DNA of 64,000 nt from Mycobacterium sp. (GCF_019243155.1 NZ_JAFAUS010000375.1:1023-65022); one strand, 5' to 3'. Positions 10,768-20,515 are shown, counted from the stretch's first letter. Made by a program: numbers and translations. The notes: generated by a model from the sequence alone, not told the origin.

Positions 10768-11610
10768 CTAAAGCTTTACCTTGCCCATGATGATGTCGAT
10801 GATCATCTTGCCGGGCGCATAGGCGCCGGTCATCGAGGCCATGGTGTGGCCGGAGTCCACCAGTAGCGTGATGCCGCTGACGCCACAGGCCGCTTCGCTG
10901 TTGAGGAAAGCCATCACGTCGCCCATCTGCTCGGGCGTGTGCACCTTGCAGCCGGTTTCGTCCCGGTAGTCCTGGGCGAAAGACAGCCACAGGTCCGCGT
11001 TCGCCTGGGCCAGCGGGGTGTCGGTCGGCCCGGGGCAGATCGCGTTGATCCGAATCCCCTTCTTCGCCAGGGGATAGCCCTGGGTGGCCACGTAGGTGTT
11101 GATCACCTTCTTGCTGGTGCCGTAGTGGTTGATGCCCTCGGCCTCATGCGCCTCGCACCACGCCTGGGCCGCCGCGAAGTCCGGCGTGGCCAGGAAGTCC
11201 AGCATCAGGTCCAGGTCGTTCTCCCAGCCCATGCCGGCGACCGACGAGATGAAGCAGATCGCCGAGCCGTTCGGCAGCTGGTTCTTTTCCAGCAGGCGGT
11301 CGATGAGGTGGCGGTGGCCGATGAAGTTGATCTTCATCAGGTCGATCGTCCCGTCGGCCACCCCGGCAGCGGAGAACACGGCGTGGATCGGGCCCTCGAT
11401 CTGCTCGAGGGCGGCATCGATCGAGGAGGGGTCTCGCAGGTCGACCTGGATTGACTGGGCCACCTTGTAGTCCACCGGCGCGTAGTCCATCACGATCACT
11501 TCGGCGCCGAGCTCGCCGGCCGACTTGGCAGCCGCCGCGCCCATGCCGGTCGCACCGCCTACGACGAGTGCGCGCTTGCCGTCGTAGCGCAACCGATCGA
11601 CAATGCTCAT
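10768..11610 (-). CDS. Short-chain dehydrogenase (3-alpha-HSD/coniferyl alcohol dehydrogenase-like)
   Basis: VVGGATGMG, ISSVAG, YGTSK and INAICPGPTDT. Confidence 0.85.
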   Translation of the reverse strand: MSIVDRLRYDGKRALVVGGATGMGAAAAKSAGELGAEVIVMDYAPVDYKVAQSIQVDLRDPSSIDAALEQIEGPIHAVFSAAGVADGTIDLMKINFIGHRHLIDRLLEKNQLPNGSAICFISSVAGMGWENDLDLMLDFLATPDFAAAQAWCEAHEAEGINHYGTSKKVINTYVATQGYPLAKKGIRINAICPGPTDTPLAQANADLWLSFAQDYRDETGCKVHTPEQMGDVMAFLNSEAACGVSGITLLVDSGHTMASMTGAYAPGKMIIDIIMGKVKL

Positions 11611-11658
11611 GGAAATCCCCTTCTCGGTGACTGACAATCCGATTCTTCTATTTGCACA

Positions 11659-11687
11659 ACTGTATGGGTAACAGTTATTTGGTTCAA
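11659..11687 (-). promoter_or_regulatory. SigA-type promoter TTGAAC-17-TACAGT with operator copy 1 (11669-11684)
   Basis: Read directly; operator TAACAGTTATTTGGTT covers the spacer and -35. Confidence 0.75.
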
Positions 11688-11715
11688 TACCGGGGGCAGG
11701 CTAATTTAGACGGTC

Positions 11716-12993
11716 TTACTTGCCGCGAACCGCGGCGCCGCGCAAGACGGTGTCGCGCGCGTGCAGCAACGATGCGCGGATGCCGATCGCGCGCAGAATG
11801 TTCTCGGGTATCCACTGGATGCCAATCACGCAACGCGCCAGCATCGCGCCCGACGGGGAATCTATCCGGATTTCGCCGGATCGGATGCCCTCGGAGAGCA
11901 GCGATTTCATCTGCCGAAGCCGGGTGGGATACGACCACCCGGGGTTGGTGGTCGGCGGCGACTGCCGCATCCACGCCAGCTGAATCCTGAACTCGTCGGA
12001 GAATTGGTCAAGCGCATTGACGTTGACCCAGCTCAGCGCGTCCAGCTTCTCGATCACCGTGGCGTCAGAGCGAAGCACGCTGACCCAGCCCGCCTCCACC
12101 TTCTGGCCGAACGACCGCATGATGGAGTCCAGCAGTTCGTCCTTGGAACCGATCACCCGGTAGACGGTGCCGGTGCCGAGGCCCGCCGCCGACGCGATGT
12201 CCCTGATCGTGGTGACCTCATACCCCTTGCGGCCGAACTCGCTTCGGGCCACCGCACGGACGTGTGCGGCCTTGTCGCTGGCCTCGCCATCGCTGTCGTC
12301 GGTCCACGATTCGACGACGGCACTGGCGGCCGCGAAGGCGGCGGATCGATCCAGCGCGGCGTCGCCGGGTGGCCGAGACGCCAACCCTTGCAAGATGATT
12401 CGGCACAAAAGCCCGGCCACCTGGTCGGCGGAGGCCTTGTCGCGCATGACGTCCAGCCCCACCTGCAGCATCGACTGGCAGATTCGGTCGGCCAACGTCG
12501 GAAGGTCGATGTCGGATTTGATGTAACCGCTCCACCGTCCGGCGCGCAGAGCTTGCAGCATGGCCTGCTGAATCGCCGCCGGTTGCTGTTGGGTGGTGGC
12601 CAGCAGCTCCGGATCCGTGCTGGGCACCTCGTAGAACGACATCTGCAGGGCGGCGCGATGCCGGACGGCACAGTTGGCGATGGCCGCACTCAACTCGGTG
12701 ATCTTCTCGGAGATGGGACGCGAGTCGGGTTCGTCCAGCCGTGCTTGTGCCTCGCGCCCGATGCGCTCCAGGTCTTCCTGGTAGCGGCGGATCAACTCGA
12801 CGAGGATCGCTTCTTTGGATTCGAAATGGTGGTACAGGCTGCCCGGGAGAATGCCGGCCGCGTCGGCGATCTCCTGCAGCGAAGTCCGCAATCCCGAAGA
12901 CGCGATCAACGAGGCTGCGGTTGCGAGGATCTCGGCGCGACGGGGCCCCGAATCGGCGGTGTCAATGGCTCGCAATGACGCGGCTTTCGCCAT
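11716..12993 (-). CDS. Tandem (double) TetR-family transcriptional regulator
   Basis: Two TetR HTHs (TSLQEIADAAGILPGSLYHHFESKE and TTIRDIASAAGLGTGTVYRVIGSKD); start taken at ATG 12993. Confidence 0.9.
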   Translation of the reverse strand: MAKAASLRAIDTADSGPRRAEILATAASLIASSGLRTSLQEIADAAGILPGSLYHHFESKEAILVELIRRYQEDLERIGREAQARLDEPDSRPISEKITELSAAIANCAVRHRAALQMSFYEVPSTDPELLATTQQQPAAIQQAMLQALRAGRWSGYIKSDIDLPTLADRICQSMLQVGLDVMRDKASADQVAGLLCRIILQGLASRPPGDAALDRSAAFAAASAVVESWTDDSDGEASDKAAHVRAVARSEFGRKGYEVTTIRDIASAAGLGTGTVYRVIGSKDELLDSIMRSFGQKVEAGWVSVLRSDATVIEKLDALSWVNVNALDQFSDEFRIQLAWMRQSPPTTNPGWSYPTRLRQMKSLLSEGIRSGEIRIDSPSGAMLARCVIGIQWIPENILRAIGIRASLLHARDTVLRGAAVRGK

Positions 12994-13059
12994 GTTTAGC
13001 GCTTCGCAAACCCGGATGACAGCGGATTCGCGATCATACGCATTCGTCCTCTCAAACCG

Positions 13060-13075
13060 AACCAAATCTTTGTTA
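13060..13075. promoter_or_regulatory. Operator copy 2 upstream of the double-TetR gene (candidate autoregulatory site)
   Basis: AACCAAATCTTTGTTA, just downstream of a TAACCT -10 on the minus strand. Confidence 0.65.
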
Positions 13076-13131
13076 GAGGTTATCAGACTGTGCATATCGA
13101 ATGCGCTGCACAAAGCGCTGAAAGCCCCATT

Positions 13132-13779
13132 CTAAAGGGCGGGGCCGTCCCAGCCGTCGCGTCTGACCACCTCGTCGACGGGTCGCCGCCCGGGTGGAGA
13201 GAACGTGCGGCCCGCGCGCAGCCGGCCCACCGGCAGCAGGCATCCCTGGATATAGGTTTCCGGGATCCCGAGCAATTCCCGGATTTCGTCTTCGCGGTGC
13301 AGGTGCAAGGTCGTGATGCAGGTTCCGTATCCGCGGGTGTGCAGGGCCAGCTGGAAATTCCAGACCGCCGGGAAGATCGAACCGTACAGCGTGGCGAGGT
13401 GAAACGACTCGTCGCCGTCGATGCGCGGCAAGTACGGCTCGTAGCAAGGGATTACCAGCAGCGGCACCCGCGCCAGATTCTCGACCAGCCACTCCGTCGA
13501 CGACATGACCCGCGCCTCGGGCGTCCCGGCGGGCATGAGGCCGGCCACCATCTGCCCACCGACCCTGAGCAGATACGCATCGCGGTACAGCTTGGCGATG
13601 TTGCCGCGCAGGTCCGGGTCCGTCACCACCAGCCACCGCCATGCCTGGGCATTCGACCCGTTGGCTGCCTGCAGGCCGATGCGCAGGCACTCGCGGATGT
13701 CGCCGAGGTCGACAGGCGCGTCGAGGTCGAGAGACTTGCGCGCCGACGGCGTCGCCGTGAGCAGGTACTCGATGTCCAT
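13132..13779 (-). CDS. Nitroreductase family flavoprotein
   Basis: QAANGSNAQAWRWLVV, SIFPAVWNFQLALHTRGYG and LLPVG; translationally coupled to the upstream ACAD. Confidence 0.85.
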   Translation of the reverse strand: MDIEYLLTATPSARKSLDLDAPVDLGDIRECLRIGLQAANGSNAQAWRWLVVTDPDLRGNIAKLYRDAYLLRVGGQMVAGLMPAGTPEARVMSSTEWLVENLARVPLLVIPCYEPYLPRIDGDESFHLATLYGSIFPAVWNFQLALHTRGYGTCITTLHLHREDEIRELLGIPETYIQGCLLPVGRLRAGRTFSPPGRRPVDEVVRRDGWDGPAL

Positions 13780-14870
13780 CAGCGCGCCCCGCTGTTGGCA
13801 AGGCGCGCACCGAGTTCCGTGAGATACCGGTCGGGCGGACCCAGCAGCGCGCTCCAGCTCAACAGGCGCTTGAAGTAGAGGTGAGCGTCGTGCTCCCAGG
13901 TGTAGCCGATACCGCCGAACACCTGGATGGCGGTGTCGCCGACGGTGGCCAGCCGCCCGGAGAACGCCTTCGCGCGCAGCGCGGCAAGATGCCGCTCATC
14001 CGAATCGGCCGCATCGCCGGCCCACAGCGCATGGATGACACCGCTGCGAGCCAGCTCGACGGTCTCATACATGTCGACGCACAGGTGCTGGACCGCCTGG
14101 AACGAACCGATCGCCTGGCCGAATTGCTTTCGCGTCTTCGCGTATTCGACCGCTAGGTCGGCGATGGCCCGCGCGGCACCGAGCGCGTCGGCGGCGGTGG
14201 CGATCAGCACGTCGTCGACCACCGCGGCGACGTCCGCCGGTTCGGCCGTGGTCAGCCGTCGCGCGGGTGCGCCATCGAAGGTGACGCGGAATTGCTTGCG
14301 GGTCTGGTCGATACCGGATTCGGGTGTGATCGAGACGCTGGACCGCTCGACCGCGAAAAGTCCGGTGCCGTCGGAATCGTCGGCAAGTGTCAGCAGGACG
14401 TCGGCGGCAGCGGCGTCGGGCACCGCGGCGACCTCGCCGCGCAGCACAATGTCGTTGCCCTGGCGGTCGGCGGCCATCGAGGCGCGATCCAGGAAGCAGA
14501 CCGTCGCGATCGTCGTGCCGTCGGCGATTCCGCTTAACAACTCAGCACCGGCATCGCCGGCGCCGAGCCGGGTCAGCGCCCGAGTGGCGGCCACCGCGGT
14601 CGACAGCCAGGGCCCCGGATGCAGCCCGGCGCCCAGCTCTTCGGCAACGACGCCGGCCTCGACCATCGTCATGCCGGCCCCGCCGTGCTCCTCGGGCACC
14701 AGCAGGCCGGTGGTGCCGAGATCGGCTAGCCCACGCCACACCGCGTCGTCCATGCCCCTCGGGTCGTCGAGCAGCGGCCGCACGTGGTCGGAAACCGATG
14801 CCTTCTCGGCGAGATAGCGTCGTGTGGTGTCACGCAGCGCCACCTGCTCGTCGGTGAGTTCCAGGTTCAT
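13779..14870 (-). CDS. Acyl-CoA dehydrogenase, degenerate (beta-type) subunit
   Basis: MNLELTDEQ start, RKQFGQAIGSFQAVQH and QVFGGIGYTWEHDAHLYFKR; ATGA overlap with its partner. Confidence 0.88.
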   Translation of the reverse strand: MNLELTDEQVALRDTTRRYLAEKASVSDHVRPLLDDPRGMDDAVWRGLADLGTTGLLVPEEHGGAGMTMVEAGVVAEELGAGLHPGPWLSTAVAATRALTRLGAGDAGAELLSGIADGTTIATVCFLDRASMAADRQGNDIVLRGEVAAVPDAAAADVLLTLADDSDGTGLFAVERSSVSITPESGIDQTRKQFRVTFDGAPARRLTTAEPADVAAVVDDVLIATAADALGAARAIADLAVEYAKTRKQFGQAIGSFQAVQHLCVDMYETVELARSGVIHALWAGDAADSDERHLAALRAKAFSGRLATVGDTAIQVFGGIGYTWEHDAHLYFKRLLSWSALLGPPDRYLTELGARLANSGAR

Positions 14871-16009
14871 TTGCGCGGCAACCCCAGTACCCGCTGCGCG
14901 GTGATGTTCTTGTTGATCTGACTCGTCCCGCCCGCGATAGTCAGTGAACGCGACGTCAGCCGGTAGTTCGCCCACGGCGCGCCCGCCCCGCGAGTGCCCA
15001 GCACATCGAAGGCCAGGGCGGCCAGGTCCTGTCCGATCTCGCCCCACACGGTTTTGGCGAGGCTGGCCGAGCCCAACGCGTCACCGCCGTGCAGCGTCGC
15101 CGAGATCGACCGCTGGCACAGGACTTCGAGATATTTGATGCGCAAGCCGATTTCGCCCAGGCGTTGCAGCGTCACGGGATCTTCGAGCGCGCCGGCCGCA
15201 GCGATGTCGTCGACGAGTTCTTCGAGCCGCACCTGCATCTCCGCGTACAACCTGGCGGCCCCGGCGCGCTCGTGACTGAGCGTGGTGGTGGCCACCTGCC
15301 AGCCGGCGTTCAACGGCCCGAGCAACGCGTCGGCCGGGACCCGCACATCGTGAAAGAACACCTCGGCGAAATCGGCGTCTCCGTTGAGGGTGACCAGTGG
15401 GCGGACTTCGATGCCAGGCAGCGTCATGTCGACGATGAGGCAGGAGATCCCCTTGTGCTTCGGCGCTTCGGGGTCCGTGCGCACGTAGAGCTGGCACCAG
15501 TCGGCCCGGTGTCCGAGTGAGGTCCAGATCTTCTGGCCGTCGACGACGAAGTCATCACCGTCACGCACCGCGCGGGTGCGCAGCGCCGCCAGGTCGGATC
15601 CCGCTTCGGGCTCCGACATCCCTTGGCACCAGATGTCGTCGGCGCGCATCATGCGGGGGAGCAGCGTGAGCTTCTGGGACTCGGTGCCGTATTGCATGAT
15701 GGCCGGCGCGATGTTGTTCAGCCCAATCACGTTGAGCGGCATCGGCGCTCGCGCGCGCGTGGTTTCCTCGGTGTAGACCAGCTGCTCAAGAACGGTCGCG
15801 CCGCGCCCGCCGTATTCGGTGGGCCAGGAGACGGCGGCCCAGCCGGCGTCCGCCATGGTCGCGTTCCAGACGCGCAGCATCTCGAACTTGGCGTCGTCGA
15901 GGCCTGCGGGCCGCCGCGCGGCCACCAACTCATCGGTCAGGTTCTCCGACAGCCAGTCGCGCAGCTCGGTGCGGAACTTTTCCACTTCCGCCGGGTACGA
16001 GAAGTCCAC
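14867..16009 (-). CDS. Acyl-CoA dehydrogenase, catalytic (alpha-type) subunit
   Basis: WCQGMSEPEAGSDLA, GQKIWTS, KHKGIS, LSHER and TIAGGTSQI. Confidence 0.92.
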   Translation of the reverse strand: MDFSYPAEVEKFRTELRDWLSENLTDELVAARRPAGLDDAKFEMLRVWNATMADAGWAAVSWPTEYGGRGATVLEQLVYTEETTRARAPMPLNVIGLNNIAPAIMQYGTESQKLTLLPRMMRADDIWCQGMSEPEAGSDLAALRTRAVRDGDDFVVDGQKIWTSLGHRADWCQLYVRTDPEAPKHKGISCLIVDMTLPGIEVRPLVTLNGDADFAEVFFHDVRVPADALLGPLNAGWQVATTTLSHERAGAARLYAEMQVRLEELVDDIAAAGALEDPVTLQRLGEIGLRIKYLEVLCQRSISATLHGGDALGSASLAKTVWGEIGQDLAALAFDVLGTRGAGAPWANYRLTSRSLTIAGGTSQINKNITAQRVLGLPRK

Positions 16010-16048
16010 GGTTTCTTTTCTGGCCCTTGGATCTGATCGGACGTTTGG

Positions 16049-16087
16049 CCGGACTCTACGGTTGAGCAGATATTTGGTCAACAAGGT
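16049..16087 (-). promoter_or_regulatory. Promoter TTGACC-17-TAGAGT with operator copy 3 (16064-16079), inside the 3' end of the SnoaL gene
   Basis: 36/39 identical to 17664-17702. Confidence 0.8.
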
Positions 16088-16625
16088 TCGGCGCCGGGCG
16101 CGACGCCGTGAGCGGCCGATCGTACGAGGGGTCGCTCGTGTCGTGGCTGCCGGTGCGCGCGCCCGCGACCATCGCGAGGGCCGCCTCGGTGAGCAGCGAC
16201 TGCGATTCATCCATGAACTCCACGAGACAGACCCGATCGACGATCGCCCAACGCCCGTCGCGCCGCTCCAGCCGGTCGACATAACGACCACCGGAGATCG
16301 TCATGTGATTCTCCGGTTCGCGGTCTGTCGCGATGAACAGGTAGTAGGTCTCGGCGTGCGCTTCGTCACCGTCGATGTCGGAGGTGTGATTGAGCAGGTA
16401 GTGCTGATAACGCGTCTGGTTGCCGTGGTAGGCCAGTGCCCAGTCGATGAAATCGTCTACCTCGCCGACGAATCCGACGTGGTCGTCGACGGCGCCGTCG
16501 TGGTACGCCGACCGCAGGAGCGCGCGATCTTGGCGGTCGATCCCACGCGCGTAGCGCTGCATGCAGTCGTGAATCTCCGCGCGGTCGGTGAGACGCTTGA
16601 TCTGCCTGGCCAATTCGTCGTCCAC
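16056..16625 (-). CDS. SnoaL-like/NTF2 family protein (LinA/BaiE-like)
   Basis: DRAEIHDCMQRYARGIDRQD, QHYLLNH and GGRYVDRLERRDGRWAI. Confidence 0.85.
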   Translation of the reverse strand: MDDELARQIKRLTDRAEIHDCMQRYARGIDRQDRALLRSAYHDGAVDDHVGFVGEVDDFIDWALAYHGNQTRYQHYLLNHTSDIDGDEAHAETYYLFIATDREPENHMTISGGRYVDRLERRDGRWAIVDRVCLVEFMDESQSLLTEAALAMVAGARTGSHDTSDPSYDRPLTASRPAPNLVDQISAQP

Positions 16626-16627
16626 GA

Positions 16628-17608
16628 TCAGCTCCTGTTGGATTGCGGTTCGGGGAATGCGACATCAACGTTGCCCGGCATCGCGCTGACACCGCGCCGC
16701 TCGCACACTTCCAGCACTTCGTCGACGATCGAACCCGGTACGAAGAACTTCTCGGTGTCAGACATCCTCTCGAGATGCGCCTCGATGTCTTCGGCCGTCG
16801 GTTCGGTTCCGGTGTCGGCCAGCCACCCTTCGCTCAGCCCGACGAACACCCGCGCGTAGCGCCCGGCGGCGGCCGAATAGTTGCGGTGGGTGAACGTGCA
16901 CGCGCCGCTCGCGAGGAAGGTCACCAGCGGCACCACGAGTTCGGGCCGAATGGCTTGCATGAAGCCGGATTCGGCGAGGAACTTCTCGTCGCCGACGGTC
17001 TCGGTGACCATTCGTGAGAAACCGGTGGGCATAACCGAATTGGCGAGTATCCCGTGCGCTTCGCCCTCGATCGCGATCACGTTCGTCAACCCGACCAGCC
17101 CGGCTTTGGCCGCAGCGTAGTGCGCCTCCATGGGCTGACCGAAGATGCCGGCGGAGGAGGAGATGAACACGAACCGTCCGCCGCCGTTCTTCTTCATCAC
17201 CCGATACGCCGGCTGTGAAACATAAAAGCCGCCGTCGAGGTGCACGCGCAGCATCCGGGTCCACTCGTCGGCCGAGAGGTCTTCGAACGGCACGCTGCCG
17301 AAGATGCCTGCGTTGCTGACGACGGTGTCAAGCCGTCCGAACGCGTCGACGGCAGCGTCGATGATCGCCTGGCCGCCCGCCGGGCTGTCGACCGAGTCAT
17401 AGGAGGCGACCGCCTTGCCCCCCGCCTTCCTGATTTCGTCGACCACCTCATCGGCCACTTTTGCGTCGGCGCCGTCGCCGCGCATCGAGCCGCCGAGATC
17501 GTTGACGACCACGGCCGCACCGCGGCGCGCAAGGTCGAGCGCATACAGGCGACCGAGTCCGCGACCGGCGCCGGTGACCACGGCCACCCGGTCGGTGAAG
17601 TCGATCAT
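16628..17608 (-). CDS. SDR, MFE-2/17-beta-HSD4 N-terminal-like (3-hydroxyacyl-CoA dehydrogenase type)
   Basis: VTGAGRGLG, VVNDLGGS, NAGI and YAAAK. Confidence 0.88.
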   Translation of the reverse strand: MIDFTDRVAVVTGAGRGLGRLYALDLARRGAAVVVNDLGGSMRGDGADAKVADEVVDEIRKAGGKAVASYDSVDSPAGGQAIIDAAVDAFGRLDTVVSNAGIFGSVPFEDLSADEWTRMLRVHLDGGFYVSQPAYRVMKKNGGGRFVFISSSAGIFGQPMEAHYAAAKAGLVGLTNVIAIEGEAHGILANSVMPTGFSRMVTETVGDEKFLAESGFMQAIRPELVVPLVTFLASGACTFTHRNYSAAAGRYARVFVGLSEGWLADTGTEPTAEDIEAHLERMSDTEKFFVPGSIVDEVLEVCERRGVSAMPGNVDVAFPEPQSNRS

Positions 17609-17648
17609 GGTGTGCTCCTGAGCAAGACGAAACGACAGTCCGGTTTGA

Positions 17649-17702
17649 TTGACTGCGGTTGTACCGGACCCTACGGTGGAACAGATATTTGGTCAACAAG
17701 GT
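17649..17702. promoter_or_regulatory. Overlapping divergent promoters (+ TTGACT-17-TACGGT; - TTGACC-17-TAGGGT) sharing operator copy 4 (17679-17694)
   Basis: Read directly; operator GAACAGATATTTGGTC. Confidence 0.8.
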
Positions 17703-17716
17703 ATCGGAGGTAGGGC

Positions 17717-19432
17717 GTGACGGATGGCGCTCGTGACGACCGGCTGCGCGGCCTGGGCATGCTCGCCTCGGCGCTCGCGGGCCGGGCCGTCGCGGTCGCC
17801 GACCTGCGACCCGGTGAACCGGCCTGGACGGACGGCCAGACGATTTTCGTCGACGCCGCCGCGGGTCGCGCGACGCTCGAGGCGGTCGCGGTGCACGCAT
17901 CGATGATCGCGGCGGACAGCCTGGATCCCGAGGTGATGCGTTCCCTTGTCCGCCATCCCCGAACGGCCAAGCGCTATCTGGCGGTCGAGGGGCACCGCGC
18001 CCTGCTCAGCAACGCCGACCTGTTGCCGAGCGCGCTGGCTTCGATCGGCGACCGGGAGATCGCCGACCGCAGCGATTCGCCCGCCGCGTCGCTGGCGATC
18101 GCCACCGGACGCGGCGTCCTCGACGACCCGCCGGCCGTCTTCGGCGTGATTCGCGCGGGCAAGGTGGTGGCGGCGGCGTCGCGCGCTGCACGGCAACAGG
18201 ATTCGGACCAGGACTCGGCCAATCCCGGACATGTCCCGCGCAAGCACGCCGCCCAAGACCTGGAGGAGCTCGACGACGGCGTGGTCGACGACTCCGACGA
18301 TCCGGACCTGTTCACCAGTCCCGTTGGCGGGGGCGGGTTTATCGGCAAATGGTTGAAGAAGATGCTGTCGTCGGCCCGCAAGACCGGTAGCGGCGGGGGA
18401 CCGCCGGGCGCTGACAACCCCACGCATCGCACGAACTCGGGAATCCGTGGCGCGCATGCGGTCTCGTCGCTGGCGTCCACCTCGAGCGAGGACGTGAACG
18501 ATGACGAAGCAAAAGCCTCCGACGGCGTGCGGTATCCGGAATGGGACGTCGCGCGCAAGAGCTATCGGCCCGCGTGGTGCACCGTGAAAGAGGTCGAACC
18601 CAAGATCAAGGCCACCACTTTTCGGGCGACCTGGCCACTCGACGACCCGATCGGCGTGCGGCGCCCGCTGTCGCGACTGGGAATGGGTCTGCACCGTCGC
18701 CACCGGCAACCGCAGGGCGACGACATCGACGTCGACGCGGCCGTCGAAGCCCGCGTCGAGGTGCGGGCCGGATCGGTGCCCGACGAGGCGGTGTACCTCG
18801 ACAGCCTGCGGCGGCGGCGCGACCTGTCGGTGCTGCTGCTGCTCGATGTGTCGGGTTCGTCGGCGGAGCCCGGAACGTCCGCGCGCACGGTGCACGAACA
18901 ACAGCGCGCCGCGGTCGCCAACCTCACCGTCGCCCTGCACGACCTGGGAGACCGGGTCGCGCTCTACGCCTATTACTCGCAGGGCCGCCGCGCGGTGAGC
19001 ATGGTGCCGGTCAAGCGGTTCGACGACCACCTGAACGCGCAGGTCATCCGGCGGCTCAACAGCCTGGAGCCCGGCGCTTACTCGCGCCTGGGCGCGGCCA
19101 TCCGGCACGGCTCGGCGGTGTTGGAAGCGCGCGGAGGAACGTCGCGCCGGCTGTTGGTGGTGCTGTCCGACGGGCTCGCCTACGACCACGGCTACGAACG
19201 CGCTTACGGTGCCGCCGACGCGCGCCGCGCCCTGACCGAGGCCCGCCGGCGGGGCACCGGCTGTGTCTGCCTGACGATCGGCGCGGGAACCGATGTGCAC
19301 TCGTTGCGCAGGGTGTTCGGCAACACCGCGCACGCGACGATCGCCCGTCCCGACCAACTGGCCGGTGTGATCGGACCGCTGTTCCGCTCCGCGCTGCGCT
19401 CGGCAGAGGTCCGGCGGAAGATATCCGCCTGA
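17717..19432 (+). CDS. NorD/CbbO-like VWA domain protein
   Basis: YPEWD motif, GDDIDVDAAV, MIDAS LLLDVSGSS, YSRLGAAIRH and LLVVLSDG; GGAGG SD. Confidence 0.88.
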   Translation: MTDGARDDRLRGLGMLASALAGRAVAVADLRPGEPAWTDGQTIFVDAAAGRATLEAVAVHASMIAADSLDPEVMRSLVRHPRTAKRYLAVEGHRALLSNADLLPSALASIGDREIADRSDSPAASLAIATGRGVLDDPPAVFGVIRAGKVVAAASRAARQQDSDQDSANPGHVPRKHAAQDLEELDDGVVDDSDDPDLFTSPVGGGGFIGKWLKKMLSSARKTGSGGGPPGADNPTHRTNSGIRGAHAVSSLASTSSEDVNDDEAKASDGVRYPEWDVARKSYRPAWCTVKEVEPKIKATTFRATWPLDDPIGVRRPLSRLGMGLHRRHRQPQGDDIDVDAAVEARVEVRAGSVPDEAVYLDSLRRRRDLSVLLLLDVSGSSAEPGTSARTVHEQQRAAVANLTVALHDLGDRVALYAYYSQGRRAVSMVPVKRFDDHLNAQVIRRLNSLEPGAYSRLGAAIRHGSAVLEARGGTSRRLLVVLSDGLAYDHGYERAYGAADARRALTEARRRGTGCVCLTIGAGTDVHSLRRVFGNTAHATIARPDQLAGVIGPLFRSALRSAEVRRKISA

Positions 19433-19490
19433 TGCCAAGTCGCAGAACGGAGTTGGCGCATCCCTGTGCCCGACTTGCTCGTCAGGGCAC

Positions 19491-19520
19491 TTGAAACAAA
19501 CATCTGTTCCGCGATACGCT
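19491..19520 (+). promoter_or_regulatory. Promoter TTGAAA-18-TACGCT with operator copy 5 (19494-19509)
   Basis: AAACAAACATCTGTTC covers the -35 and spacer. Confidence 0.6.
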
Positions 19521-19560
19521 GCAAGGCCAGATACGCTGAAAGGCCAACGGAAGGCAACCA

Positions 19561-20418
19561 ATGGCCAACGAGTCCGGGATCGCTCACCGGAACGGCGCTC
19601 CGTCCGGCACCGACGGAAAGGCAGACGTGCGGCCCTATTACCAGTCTGTCGGCAGTGAGGAAGCGATTTTCAAGGCGGCGTATCGACAGGGTCTGGCGCT
19701 GGTCCTGAAGGGTCCGACGGGCTGCGGCAAGACCCGCTTCGTCGAGGCGATGGCCTACGACCTGGGCCGGCCGCTGATCACCGTCGCCTGCCATGACGAC
19801 CTCACCACCGCGGACCTGGTCGGCCGGTATCTGCTGCGGGGCGACGAGACGGTGTGGGTGGACGGACCGTTGACCCGTGCGGTGCGCGAGGGCGCGATCT
19901 GCTACCTGGACGAGGTGGTGGAGGCCCGGCAGGACACGACGGTGGTGTTGCACCCGCTTGCCGACCATCGGCGCCAGCTGCCCATCGAGCGCCTCGGCAT
20001 CACGCTGGACGCGGCGCCTGGCTTCGGCCTGGTGGTGTCGTACAACCCCGGCTATCAGAGCGTCCTCAAGGACCTCAAGGATTCGACCCGGCAGCGCATG
20101 GTCGCCGTCGAATTCGATTTCCCCGCCGCCGATGTCGAGGAGGGGATCGTCGCGCACGAGGCGGGCGTGGACGGCGCCACCGCGGCCGAACTGGTCCGCT
20201 TCGGGCAGGCCATCCGCCGCCTGGAGGCCGGCGGGCTACGCGAGGTCGCCTCCACGCGCGTGCTCATCGCGGCGGGCAGGCTGGTCGCGGAGGGCCTGAC
20301 GATGCGAGAGGCGGCCCGCGCCGCGATCGCCGGGCCGCTCACCGACGACGTGGCGGTGGGCAAGGCCCTGGGCGAGATGATCGAGATTTATCTGGGCACC
20401 TCGGACGGGGCCCGGTGA
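19561..20418 (+). CDS. CbbQ/NirQ/NorQ-type MoxR AAA+ ATPase
   Basis: Walker [35 protein letters not shown], Walker B CYLDE, SYNPGYQ and STRVL. Confidence 0.92.
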   Translation: MANESGIAHRNGAPSGTDGKADVRPYYQSVGSEEAIFKAAYRQGLALVLKGPTGCGKTRFVEAMAYDLGRPLITVACHDDLTTADLVGRYLLRGDETVWVDGPLTRAVREGAICYLDEVVEARQDTTVVLHPLADHRRQLPIERLGITLDAAPGFGLVVSYNPGYQSVLKDLKDSTRQRMVAVEFDFPAADVEEGIVAHEAGVDGATAAELVRFGQAIRRLEAGGLREVASTRVLIAAGRLVAEGLTMREAARAAIAGPLTDDVAVGKALGEMIEIYLGTSDGAR

Positions 20419-20427
20419 GGCCGATGA

Positions 20428-20474
20428 TTGACGGTGCATACCGCCGCCGCTAGGGTCTGAACAAATATTAGGTT
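20428..20474 (+). promoter_or_regulatory. Promoter TTGACG-17-TAGGGT followed by operator copy 6 (20459-20474)
   Basis: Read directly; operator GAACAAATATTAGGTT. Confidence 0.8.
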
Positions 20475-20515
20475 TCATTGATCAGCGCGCTTGAGCTTGC
20501 CACCCGGGAGGTCAG

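Noticed and set aside
17717-20418. NorQ/NorD pair as part of denitrification with narGHJI
   Set aside because: It lies about 35 kb from nar, no nor/nir genes are in the window, and it shares the catabolic-island operator.
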